64,000 nucleotides of DNA from an uncultured Planctomycetaceae bacterium (GCA_963813715.1 CAWFAK010000017.1:896001-960000); one strand, 5' to 3'; counted from the stretch's first letter, positions 33,336 through 42,860 are shown. Made by a program: numbers and translations. The notes: generated by a model not told the origin, from the sequence alone.

Positions 33336-34292
33336 TTAGAATTCAAAATTCACGATCTGGCGGATCCATAACGACCCCAGCGCCTCCGCCGCCAGAACCG
33401 ACAGCAAAAGCGCAGGGCGGTCAAGGAGGATTTGGGCGTAAGGCCGGTTGATCACCAACAGTCCGACGAAGGCCGCCAGGGGCAACACGGAAAGGACGAT
33501 GGCTTGCAGCCGGCCCTCGCCGGTCGCCGCCTTCACCTTCCCACGCAGCCGAGTGCGCTTGCGAATCACCTCGGACAGGCTCTGCAGAATGTCAGCGAGG
33601 TTGCCACCCGTGTTCCGGTGCACCAGCAGGGCGACGACGAACATCTGCAGCTCCATCACACCCGTGCGCCGTGCTAAATCCTGCAGGGCAACGTCGTAGG
33701 GCAAGCCAAGATTCTGTTGGTCGCAGCAGGTTGCCAATTCGGCGGCGATCGGCGGCTTGAGCTGATCGGCCGCCAGCTGCATCGCTCCGGACATCGTCTG
33801 GCCGGCCTTGATCGCGCGGCTCATCAGATCGAAAGTTTCCGGCAGCTGCATACACAGCGCGTAGGTGCGTCGAGCGCGAGCCGCATAAACGTAGGCAAAC
33901 GGCGAGACGACGCCGATCGCCGCACAAAGAAGCCCAATCAGCCAGAGGCCCGTCATAGTCGTGCCGACGACCGCGCCGATGATCGCCGCGGTCATCGCAA
34001 TCTGCACCACTCGAAACGGAGTCGTCTTAAGTCCCGAGTGTTCGACGGCCGTCACGAATCGCTTCCACACCTCGGGGACATGCCGCGAGGTTTCTGCGTG
34101 GAACAGCTTGAGGTCCTTGAGGATCTCCGATTTGCGGGCCTCTCGCTGCTTCTCGTCGCCGAATTCCTGGTCGAGCCGAGCCTTGATCCGCGCCTTGTCC
34201 CGCAGGACCAGGTCGGAAATGACCGAAAACACGCCGACGACCGCGAGTACGGCCGCGACGAAACTCGCCAGTTTGACGACGATGGGGTCCAT
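33336..34292 (-). CDS. tadB: TadB (type II secretion F family) pilus platform protein
   Basis: QLPETFDLMSRAIKAG, TGGNLADIL and TGEGRLQA motifs. Confidence 0.9.
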   Translation of the reverse strand: MDPIVVKLASFVAAVLAVVGVFSVISDLVLRDKARIKARLDQEFGDEKQREARKSEILKDLKLFHAETSRHVPEVWKRFVTAVEHSGLKTTPFRVVQIAMTAAIIGAVVGTTMTGLWLIGLLCAAIGVVSPFAYVYAARARRTYALCMQLPETFDLMSRAIKAGQTMSGAMQLAADQLKPPIAAELATCCDQQNLGLPYDVALQDLARRTGVMELQMFVVALLVHRNTGGNLADILQSLSEVIRKRTRLRGKVKAATGEGRLQAIVLSVLPLAAFVGLLVINRPYAQILLDRPALLLSVLAAEALGSLWIRQIVNFEF

Positions 34293-35659
34293 TACCGTTT
34301 GCTCGCGTGAGTAATCGAGGCCAGGCGGTTGGTTTCCAGAATCCGCCGCTCGAACAGGTTCGGATCGAGGACCGTCCCTTGGGCGCTCAACCGTTCGAGA
34401 CAGGTCGGACGGATGCCCGTGGCGCGGAAGTGGCCCTGGGCGACTTTGTTTTCATCGAGGCCCGTCTGCTCGAAGACAAACAGGTCGTGCATCGCGATCA
34501 CCTCGCCCTCCGTTCCCGTGACTTCCGAGACCTGCATGACGCGGCGAACGCCACCACTCAGACGAGCGCACTGCACCACGATGTCGATTGCCGACGCAAT
34601 TTGGCGGCGAATGAACCACATCGATAGCTCGTGGCCTCCCATGCCGATCAGCATTTCCAACCGGCTGACGGCCTCACGCGTGTCGTTGGAGTGAATGGTC
34701 GTCATGCCTCCTTCGTGCCCGGTCATCATGGCCTGCAGCATGTCGAAGGCCTCGGCGCCGCGGCACTCACCCACGACGATACGGTCAGGCCGCATTCGCA
34801 GCGCGTTCCGCACGAGGTCCCGCGTCGTGATCTCTCCGTTGCCTTCCAAGTTGGCCGGCCGGGTCTCCATCCGCGCGACGTGCGGCTGCTGAAGCTGCAG
34901 CTCGGCCGCGTCTTCGATCGTGGCGACTCGCTCGTCGTCGGGAATGTAGCCGGACAGCATGTTGAGGAAGGTCGTCTTGCCGCTGCCCGTTCCGCCGGAA
35001 ATCAGAATGTTCAGTCGGGCCTTCACGCAGGCCGACAGGAACTCGATGATTTCGGGCGTCACCGATTTTCGGGCAATCAGGTCGGACGCCAAGAGCGGCT
35101 TGGCGGAAAAGCGGCGGATTGAGACCAGGGCGCCGTCCAGTGCCAGCGGGCGAATGACGGCGTTGACGCGGCTGCCGTCCGCCAGGCGGGCGTCAACCAT
35201 CGGGCTCGATTCGTCGAGCCGACGTCCGACTTTGCTGGCGATTCGCTGGACGATGTCGAGCAGGTGCTGATCGTCGTGAAAGACGATATTCGTCCGCTCC
35301 AGGCGACCGCGACGCTCGACGTACACGGTGCGCGGGCCGTTGATGAGAATGTCTGTGATCGTAGGGTCACGGAGCAGCGGTTCGAGCGGGCCGAGCCCCA
35401 AGGTCTCGTCGATGACTTCGTTGACGAGCCGCATGCGCTCGTCCTGGCTCAACAGCTCGGTCCGATCCTCACAGAGCTGCTCGATGCCGCGGCGCAGCTC
35501 GCGCCGAAGTTCGTAGTCGTCGACGGTGCCGACGGACGGAACGTGCAATCCGCTGATCAGCTGCTTGTGAATCTCTTTCTTGAGCCGGACGAAGCGCTCC
35601 TCCGTGCTTTCGATCCCAGCCGTGGCGCTGGCCGGTCGCAGATCGAGCGTTTGAAACAT
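34292..35659 (-). CDS. cpaF: CpaF/TadA pilus assembly ATPase
   Basis: [18 protein letters not shown] Walker [21 protein letters not shown] and TGHEG motifs. Confidence 0.95.
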   Translation of the reverse strand: MFQTLDLRPASATAGIESTEERFVRLKKEIHKQLISGLHVPSVGTVDDYELRRELRRGIEQLCEDRTELLSQDERMRLVNEVIDETLGLGPLEPLLRDPTITDILINGPRTVYVERRGRLERTNIVFHDDQHLLDIVQRIASKVGRRLDESSPMVDARLADGSRVNAVIRPLALDGALVSIRRFSAKPLLASDLIARKSVTPEIIEFLSACVKARLNILISGGTGSGKTTFLNMLSGYIPDDERVATIEDAAELQLQQPHVARMETRPANLEGNGEITTRDLVRNALRMRPDRIVVGECRGAEAFDMLQAMMTGHEGGMTTIHSNDTREAVSRLEMLIGMGGHELSMWFIRRQIASAIDIVVQCARLSGGVRRVMQVSEVTGTEGEVIAMHDLFVFEQTGLDENKVAQGHFRATGIRPTCLERLSAQGTVLDPNLFERRILETNRLASITHASKR

Positions 35660-35695
35660 GAGGTGTTCCTGGATTCGGGGGAGACCGAGGCGGGA

Positions 35696-36904
35696 TTACT
35701 TGCCCTGCGACAGTTCCTGTACGCTGAGCGAGAAAAATGTGCGGAATTTCTGCGAAAGACTCGAGGAGGTCTTGCCTGTACCCTTCGCCGGGCGCCCGGG
35801 TTCTGCCGCAATCGTGGTCGCAAGCGCGTTGATGGCCTTGCTGATCGACGAGTTGGGCAACTCCAACACAACCGGGTTCCCGCAATTGGTCGATGAATTG
35901 GCTGCACCGGCGTCTTCGGGGATCGAGTGCCGAATCTTCATACCGAGGGCCGACTCGACCTGCGCGGCACTGATTTCTTTCTGCCGGCCGGAACGCGCGG
36001 CGACCAAGAACACATTGGCGCGATCGACACCGCTGCGTTCAAAGCACGCGAGGGCCCGCCGCGCCTTGCGGATGGCCGCGAAATCGAGCCGCACCAACAG
36101 CACGATGGCCGTGCTCTGTTGCAGCGCGTAGGCGAGGTCTTTTTGCCAGAAGGCGTCGAGGTCGACGACGACGTTTGTAAACGCGTTGCGGCCGAACCGC
36201 AGGGCCTTCTGCAGCCCGTCGGACGTCACGAACCGGGCTTCTTCCCAATTGTCCGGGGCAGCCAGCACGAAGACACCGCTCTCGTGTTCCACCAGCGACT
36301 GCTCGAACATTTTCTGATCGAGCTTGTCCATGCTGCGGCACAAGTCGGCGATCGAGTGTCGAGGCTTGAGATTGAGCGAGGTCGCCAGGTCCCCGCCGTA
36401 CAGGTCGAGGTCGAACAATCCGCAGCGACCGTGCCGTTTTGCCAGCGCCACCGCCAGGTTGGCGGCCACCAGCGTGCGACCACAGCCGCCGCTGGCGGAA
36501 AGGACCGTGATCAGGCGGCCGGCGGGCGATTTTTCGTTGTCTGCAGTCGAAAGCCGCCCAAGTGTGACGGCCAGGTCGCGTTCAAGGTTGCTTGTTTCGT
36601 CGAGGTAGGAGGCCGCACCCGCGTGCAATGCTCCCAGAATCGAGTTCGGATCGCGTGGTCCGACGACCACGACGTCGACGCCGGACAGCTCGCGCAAGTG
36701 TTCCAGTGCATCGTGGCAGCGCTGCGCGTCGTCCGACAACACAAACAAGATCAGGTCCGGCTTCGGGTAGAAGCAGGAAACGGCGTTGGCCGCTGCGTCG
36801 ATGGGCAAGACGTTCGCCAGCGGGCAGTCGCAGCCGTTCTGAGCCAGGAGATGGCGAAGCCTCGTCGCCTTCGTCTGGCAATCGCTTACGACCAAGATGA
36901 CCAT
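35696..36904 (-). CDS. cpaE: CpaE/TadZ pilus assembly protein (degenerate REC + MinD-like ATPase)
   Basis: Pseudo-receiver N-terminus, deviant Walker A SASGGCGRT, ANLAVALA and DLDLYGG motifs. Confidence 0.85.
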   Translation of the reverse strand: MVILVVSDCQTKATRLRHLLAQNGCDCPLANVLPIDAAANAVSCFYPKPDLILFVLSDDAQRCHDALEHLRELSGVDVVVVGPRDPNSILGALHAGAASYLDETSNLERDLAVTLGRLSTADNEKSPAGRLITVLSASGGCGRTLVAANLAVALAKRHGRCGLFDLDLYGGDLATSLNLKPRHSIADLCRSMDKLDQKMFEQSLVEHESGVFVLAAPDNWEEARFVTSDGLQKALRFGRNAFTNVVVDLDAFWQKDLAYALQQSTAIVLLVRLDFAAIRKARRALACFERSGVDRANVFLVAARSGRQKEISAAQVESALGMKIRHSIPEDAGAANSSTNCGNPVVLELPNSSISKAINALATTIAAEPGRPAKGTGKTSSSLSQKFRTFFSLSVQELSQGK

Positions 36905-37135
36905 GTCTGATCCGATCCTCCGCGCATCCGTCCGCCGTGGAGCGTCCGGCGCATTGCCTTGCGCAACCTGCGCAATTCCGCATTCCAAAGGTAGGACGGG
37001 AGTGGGGGTGAGGCGATTTAGCAACGCAACGACATGCGGAAAACACGCTCTCGCTTGAGGGAGTTTCTTGCGGCGACGGTCGTGACGCCGAAAGCGAGCG
37101 CGGGCAGAGGGTAACTTCCCTGTCGTTGATTCCGG

Positions 37136-38281
37136 TTATTCCGACCTGCCCGCGTTCACGCTGCCGGCGAACGGAACCGAGCAGATCGTCAGATCGCGCC
37201 AGTTCTCGGCATTTTCCGGGGCATCCGGATGATTGCCGGCCGCCTGATGGATCTGGTCGAGGACGCTGAAGAAGGTGGTGAGCAGCACCGGGTCGAACTG
37301 ACGCCCCTGCTCGGCCAGCATCATCTTCAGAACGACCTCCTCCTTCATCGCCCGGCGGTAGGGACGATCGCTCGTCAGCGCGTCGTAGACATCGACGATG
37401 GATAAGATGCGGGCCGCCTCGGGAATGGCCTCGCCGGCAATTCCGGAGGGATACCCCTTCCCGTCCCAGCGCTCGTGGTGCGCGAGTGCAATCTCCCGGG
37501 CCAACGTCAGGATCGACGAGTTCGAGCCGGCCAGCAGCCTCCCGCCGATCACCGTGTGCTGCTTCATCACGTCGTATTCTTCCGGCGTCAGTCCGGCGGG
37601 CTTCCGCAAGATTGCGTCCGGCACCCCGATTTTTCCGATGTCGTGCATCGGAGCCGCCATGCGGATGCGTTCGACTTCGGCTGGTGACCAACCCGCCGCC
37701 CGTGCCAGGATTTCACTGAAAGCCCCGGTACGGACGATGTGGGCCCCGGTTTCCACGTCGCGGGTCGCGGCCGCATGCACGAGCCGGTGAATCGTTTCCT
37801 CGTGCGCCTGCCGAATTTCGACGGTCTGTTCGCGGACCCGCTGCTCGAGTCCCTCGGTATAGCGGCGGCGTTCGATTCGCAGGCGCCGCAGCTCCAAGCC
37901 GTGGTTCACTTGCGCCAGCAGCTCGTCCTGCCGGGCCGGCTTCAGCAGATAGCCAAACGCTCCTGCATTGAGTGCCGAAATCGCCGACTCCGTGTCGCGA
38001 TTACCGGTGAGCATTAAAACAGGCAGGTCCGGCTGGGTCGCCAGGACGTGCTTCAAGAGATCGATGCCCGTTCCGCCCGGCATGTTGATGTCGGCCGTAA
38101 TCAGGTCGATGGGCTCGCCTTCCAGGCAGCGTTTGGCGGCGGCAACGCAGTCCGCGCGGACGACACGGAATTTCTTTGCCGTAAGCCAGGTGGCCAACAA
38201 GTTGCGAACCGGAGCTTCATCGTCGACGACAAGAACCGTTGACTGCGGTTGTCCAACAACAATTGCGGGATCAAGGCTCAT
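37136..38281 (-). CDS. Response regulator with HD-GYP (c-di-GMP phosphodiesterase) domain, RpfG-like
   Basis: VVDDE...DINMPG...KP receiver; ETGAH, HDIGK, HHERWDGKGYP and DVYDALTSDRPY motifs. Confidence 0.92.
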   Translation of the reverse strand: MSLDPAIVVGQPQSTVLVVDDEAPVRNLLATWLTAKKFRVVRADCVAAAKRCLEGEPIDLITADINMPGGTGIDLLKHVLATQPDLPVLMLTGNRDTESAISALNAGAFGYLLKPARQDELLAQVNHGLELRRLRIERRRYTEGLEQRVREQTVEIRQAHEETIHRLVHAAATRDVETGAHIVRTGAFSEILARAAGWSPAEVERIRMAAPMHDIGKIGVPDAILRKPAGLTPEEYDVMKQHTVIGGRLLAGSNSSILTLAREIALAHHERWDGKGYPSGIAGEAIPEAARILSIVDVYDALTSDRPYRRAMKEEVVLKMMLAEQGRQFDPVLLTTFFSVLDQIHQAAGNHPDAPENAENWRDLTICSVPFAGSVNAGRSE

Positions 38282-38547
38282 ACGGAGTAACCGGCTTTCT
38301 GCAGGCTGATTGCGGTCTGTGCGCAAAAAGGCCTGCAAGCCTAGGTCATGTGAGGCACCTCGGCAAAGCGACAGCCCGCGAGCCTTTTTCAGTCGCCAGT
38401 GAATCGCGGCAATCTGGCGATTGGCCGGCGGGGCGCTGCCGTATTGAACTGGCCGACGGCGCGGACTAACCGTCCCCGACAGCAGGACAAATGCAACCGC
38501 TAGAACCGGACTCGCCGCCCGGGACGCCCAGACCCTGGCTGTCTGGC

Positions 38548-38588
38548 GGTGGCACTCGGGTGGCACTGGCGGCTCGTCCGCCAGTGCC
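38548..38588. repeat. Palindromic REP-like element GGCACTGGCGG-CTCGT-CCGCCAGTGCC
   Basis: Perfect 11-bp stem, preceded by a duplicated GGTGGCACT. Confidence 0.7.
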
Positions 38589-39350
38589 TTATCCGCCCAC
38601 ATTGCACTGACCCGGTCGTTGCCTCCTCGACAGGGTCGCGGGTGCGCTTCGCCTTGCGAGAGCCCCCGTGTGCGAGGACAGTTCAACGACTCACATTCGG
38701 TGCTGAACGACTGGACCGCTCTCACGCGGTCTCGCGCAATCCTTGCTGGGGATCTGTTTCTCCCTTATGTGAAAAATTCCAATCTGCTGGCTCAGGATCT
38801 TGCTTCGTGCCTTTGGGCCTTTGTGGTGAAAATCTCCGTGGACTTGTCGTCCCGCCTCGACGAATGTGTCCGGACCAGACCTCACGGCTCGTGTCGGGGC
38901 CGGGTCACCAATTCGTGGGTCACCTTATTGAGAAAACAAATGTGACCCAACCCCCCGTGAAAATACCTAGGCCGTCCCCGTCGGCACTCTCTGACTTTGG
39001 ACCACGCCTTCGGCGGATCTTCGACCTTGGACTCTGGACCGTAGACTGCTGGAAGTGTCCCGTCCCATCCCAAATCAATCCCGTCCCGATTGCCGGGCCG
39101 GATCGCCGCTAACCGGTGGGACTCTCGTCGGTGGGTCCACCCCCCTTATATCAATTGTGAGAGACCCGTCACGGCGGGACCACTTTTAGGCGGACCCGGC
39201 GGGACAACTTGTCCCGCGCGCGCCGGGATGTTTTCTCCCTCTCTCCTCTATGTGAAAAAAGGATCCCCACCCCGGCGGGGATTCCTTTTTCGTTCCCGGC
39301 GGGGATCTCTTCACCAGCGGCCAGTACTTGACCGCGAAGCACTCTTTTTC

Positions 39351-39451
39351 AGTCCCAACGGGGCGAGACATTTATAGCCTGGGTCGGAGCGAAGCGCAGG
39401 CCCAGGATCCAGGGGCATGATCCCCGTCCTGAGCCCCAACGGGGCGAGGCA
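39351..39451 (-). repeat. REP-like composite element, left arm (hairpin copy C between two CCC-AAC-GGGGC hairpins)
   Basis: Inverted homolog of 39716-39821 and 2763-2858. Confidence 0.8.
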
Positions 39452-39715
39452 GGCCCGAGTTGCAACCGGGCCGTGAACTTGTCCCGACCGGATTTTCAGC
39501 CTTGGTGCGATATGTCGCCGCGCACATCACGCGACCGGAGCTGTCGCCAACAGCGCGCAGTCCACCGTGCCGCGAAAAGCTTCGCTTTTTCCATTCAGCC
39601 ACAAGACGGCGATCTGAACTAGATCAGTTTCGCAGATTCCGGGATTGACCTGCCGCACCGATGGTGCGAGGCCTGCGTGAACGCTGGCACGGGTATCGGG
39701 CTCATTGGAGCCCGG

Positions 39716-39821
39716 TTGTCTCATCCCTACAGGGCTACGGAGAAACGCGAAGGGCGGCTCTTGAATCCCAGGCCTGCGCTGCGGTCCGACCTGGGCTATC
39801 GGATCTCGGTCCGTTGGGCCT
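39716..39821 (+). repeat. REP-like composite element, right arm (hairpin copy B)
   Basis: Core 39765-39806 is 38/42 identical to 2802-2843; inverted relative to 39351-39451. Confidence 0.8.
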
Positions 39822-40201
39822 TAAAACGACGACGGCTGAGCATCGGCCCAAAGCGTCTCAGGAGCCCAGCGACGCTTTACAAAATCGACATCATGGGAGC
39901 CAAGGCCCCCAAAGCCGTCTCGGACACCCGCCGCTTGGGCAGGGCTCACCAGCGTGACTCGCTACCGAAAATCCGGCGATCGTGGCTATTATGCCGTAGA
40001 AGTTCCAGCCGACCGTTTTCTCCACGGTCATGGGACGGTGTTGTGCCGGACTTTCGAGCGCGCCGGGCTTGATCCGGCCCCGATTTTGATTGGCCCGGCT
40101 GATGTTGATCGGTTCCGATTTGAGCTCGATCGATGACTAACGGCGACGGCCGCCGTTCGGTTCACGAGGGCGACGTTCACCGACAGTGACGTGAGGAATT
40201 C

Positions 40202-42250
40202 ATGAGATCTGGATGTGTCACACGAGGGTTGGTTGTCTGTGTTTGCTGCTGTCTGGTCGCTACGGCCGCGCTCAGCCGAGCGGGCGAAAATACCGCGAGT
40301 AGCGGCATCGATCGAACGACGTTCGACCAGTCCGTGAAGCCGGGCGACAACTTCTTCCTCTACGTCAACGGGAACTGGATCAAACACAATCCGATCCCGC
40401 CCGAGTACAGTCGCTGGGGTGCGTTCCCGAAACTGCGCGACGACAATCTGGCTTTCCTCCGCGAAATCCTGGAAGGCTTGGGGAAGAGCACACAGCCGCT
40501 CGACGCCGACGGTAAAAAGCTGCACGACCTTTACGCCACCGCGACGGACGAAGCCAAGCTCGAAGCGGCCGGGGCGAAGCCGTTGGCCGGCACGCTCGAA
40601 CGGATCGCGAAGATTTCCACGCCGCAGGAATTGGTCGCCGAGGCCGCGCGGCTGCATCTGGCCGGCACCCCTGCCCTGTTCCGCATGGGCGTGCGGCAGG
40701 ATGAGAAGCAGAGCAACGTCTACGCGGTGTACGTCTATCAAGGAGGGCTCGGGCTCCCCGAGCGAGACTATTATCTGGGAACGACCGGCGACTCGAAGCG
40801 GATCCGCGATGAATATCGCGGGCACGTCGCCAAGATGCTCGAACTGCTGGGTGATGCGCCGCAAGACGCCCAGAAAGGCGCCGACACGGTGCTACAGATC
40901 GAGACGAAGCTGGCTGAAGCGTCGCGTACGCCCGTGCAGCTCCGCGATCGTGAAAAGCAATACAACAAGCTTAATCGCGAAAAGCTGGCGGCTCTCACGC
41001 CGAAGGTCGACTGGGCCCTCTACTTCAACACGGCGGCCATCGGCGAACCGGCTGACGTGATCGTCGGACAGCCGGAATTCCTCACCCGGCTCAACGAAAT
41101 GGTGACTTCCGTGCCGGTGGCCGATTGGCGGACTTATCTCCGCTGGCACGTCGTCCACTCGATGGCCCCCTATTTGAGCTCGAAATTCGAGGACGAGGAT
41201 TTCCGCTTCGAGAGCGGCGTCCTTCGGGGCATCAAGCAGCAGCAACCTCGCTGGAAGCGGGCCGTGACCGCGGTCGACCAGTTGATGGGCGAGGCGCTCG
41301 GCCGTCTGTATGTCGAAAAGTACTTTAAGCCGGCGGCCAAGGAGCGGATGGATGAACTCGTGCGCAACCTGGTCGCCGCGTATCGCGAGCGGCTGCAGTC
41401 GCGCGACTGGATGGGGTCGGAGACGAAGAAACACGCACTCGAAAAGCTCGCCGCCATCACGCCGAAGATCGGTTACCCGGACAAATGGCGCGATTACTCG
41501 TCGCTGGAAATCCGTGACGATTCCTACGCCGAGAACGTGATGCGGGCCGAGGCGTTCGAGATTCAGTATCGCCTGTCGAAACTCGGCAAGCCGGTCGACC
41601 GAACGGAATGGGGCATGACGCCGCCGACCGTCAACGCGTACTACAACCCGTCTTTGAACGAGATTGTTTTCCCGGCCGGAATCCTCCAGCCGCCGTTTTT
41701 CAACGCCACGGCCGACGATGCCGTGAATTACGGCGGCATCGGCGCGGTGATCGGACACGAAATCACGCACGGCTTTGACGACCAGGGAAGCCGCTATGAC
41801 CAGGATGGGAATATGCGGAACTGGTGGACGTCGGAAGACCGGGCTCGCTTCAACGCCAAGACCGACAAACTCGTGAAACAGTACAACGACCAAGTGCCGC
41901 TGGAAAAGCTGCACGTCAACGGCCGGCTTACGCTGGGCGAGAATCTGGCGGACCTGGGCGGCGTGGCCATCGCGTACGCGGCCTATCAAAAATCGCTGCA
42001 CGGTCAGCCGGCGCCGGTGATTGACGGATTCACCGGGCCTCAGCGTTTCTTCATTGGCTTCGCGCAAGTTTGGCGCGGGACGTCTCGCGACGCCGAGCAG
42101 CGTCTGCGGCTGCGGACCGATCCGCACTCGCCGCCGCTCGTGCGTGCGACCGTGCCGGTCTCGAACATCCAGGCCTTCTACGACGCGTTCAATCTCAAAC
42201 CCGGCGACGCGATGTACCGCGAGCCGCAGGATCGCGTCGAGGTCTGGTGA
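40202..42250 (+). CDS. pepO: M13 family zinc metallopeptidase (PepO/neprilysin-like), secreted
   Basis: Signal peptide; VNAYY, FPAGILQPPF, HEITH, ENLAD and DPHSP motifs. Confidence 0.93.
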   Translation: MRSGCVTRGLVVCVCCCLVATAALSRAGENTASSGIDRTTFDQSVKPGDNFFLYVNGNWIKHNPIPPEYSRWGAFPKLRDDNLAFLREILEGLGKSTQPLDADGKKLHDLYATATDEAKLEAAGAKPLAGTLERIAKISTPQELVAEAARLHLAGTPALFRMGVRQDEKQSNVYAVYVYQGGLGLPERDYYLGTTGDSKRIRDEYRGHVAKMLELLGDAPQDAQKGADTVLQIETKLAEASRTPVQLRDREKQYNKLNREKLAALTPKVDWALYFNTAAIGEPADVIVGQPEFLTRLNEMVTSVPVADWRTYLRWHVVHSMAPYLSSKFEDEDFRFESGVLRGIKQQQPRWKRAVTAVDQLMGEALGRLYVEKYFKPAAKERMDELVRNLVAAYRERLQSRDWMGSETKKHALEKLAAITPKIGYPDKWRDYSSLEIRDDSYAENVMRAEAFEIQYRLSKLGKPVDRTEWGMTPPTVNAYYNPSLNEIVFPAGILQPPFFNATADDAVNYGGIGAVIGHEITHGFDDQGSRYDQDGNMRNWWTSEDRARFNAKTDKLVKQYNDQVPLEKLHVNGRLTLGENLADLGGVAIAYAAYQKSLHGQPAPVIDGFTGPQRFFIGFAQVWRGTSRDAEQRLRLRTDPHSPPLVRATVPVSNIQAFYDAFNLKPGDAMYREPQDRVEVW

Positions 42251-42289
42251 TCGCAGCTCGCGCGCTCGGTCAACGGTACGGGGTGCGCC

Positions 42290-42724
42290 TCAGCGACCGG
42301 GGCGGCGTGCTTGCGCATTGAACTCTGCCTCGGTCCGCCAGCGCTTCTCGCGAATCGTGGGCTCGCCCGACAAGATTTCGTCGAGCGTGGCCTGAAGTTG
42401 CCCGACTCGGCGCGACGTATCCTTCGTCCAGAGAAAGGGGAATCGACGGATTCGAGGGGCGTGCGGTTCGATGAAACACAAGAACGCATCCGCCTCTCCG
42501 TCGAGGTTGCCGCAACCGATCCAGAGTCGGAACCCGTGGTTCTTGATGGGGATCACCCACCCCCAGTCTTCCGCGATCGGTTCGCGCGGCTCGAATCCCT
42601 TGCTCGGTAGCTTGCGGACAAGAAACTCCGCGAGTCGCTTCCCGTAACGGCCCGGGTTGACGTCCTCCTCTTCGCCTTCATAGGGCGGGAAGTCGTGCGA
42701 GCGGAACTCGACGAGCGTCTTCAT
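42290..42724 (-). CDS. Conserved hypothetical protein (FPPYEGEEEDVNPGRYGKRLAEFL...EDWGW)
   Basis: Clean ORF with globular composition. Confidence 0.7.
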   Translation of the reverse strand: MKTLVEFRSHDFPPYEGEEEDVNPGRYGKRLAEFLVRKLPSKGFEPREPIAEDWGWVIPIKNHGFRLWIGCGNLDGEADAFLCFIEPHAPRIRRFPFLWTKDTSRRVGQLQATLDEILSGEPTIREKRWRTEAEFNAQARRPGR

Positions 42725-42860
42725 TGCGGTTCGTTCAAAGTCAGACTTCGCGCGCTGTTGCGGGACTCTTACCATGACCCGCGTACCCATTCGCGCACAC
42801 CAGGCAGTCCGACCATACCTGCCCGGGGCGTGAACTTGTTTTCAGTCGAGGCTGCGCCAC

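Noticed and set aside
36905..37135. c-di-GMP riboswitch upstream of the Tad genes (also looked upstream of flp)
   Set aside because: No GEMM-type GGCAAA...GAAA...GACGCAAAG pattern recognised on the coding strand.
38282..40201. Short ORFs of 60-190 aa and the 38725 extension of the HD-GYP gene
   Set aside because: No recognisable motifs, atypical composition, and overlap with palindromic repeats.
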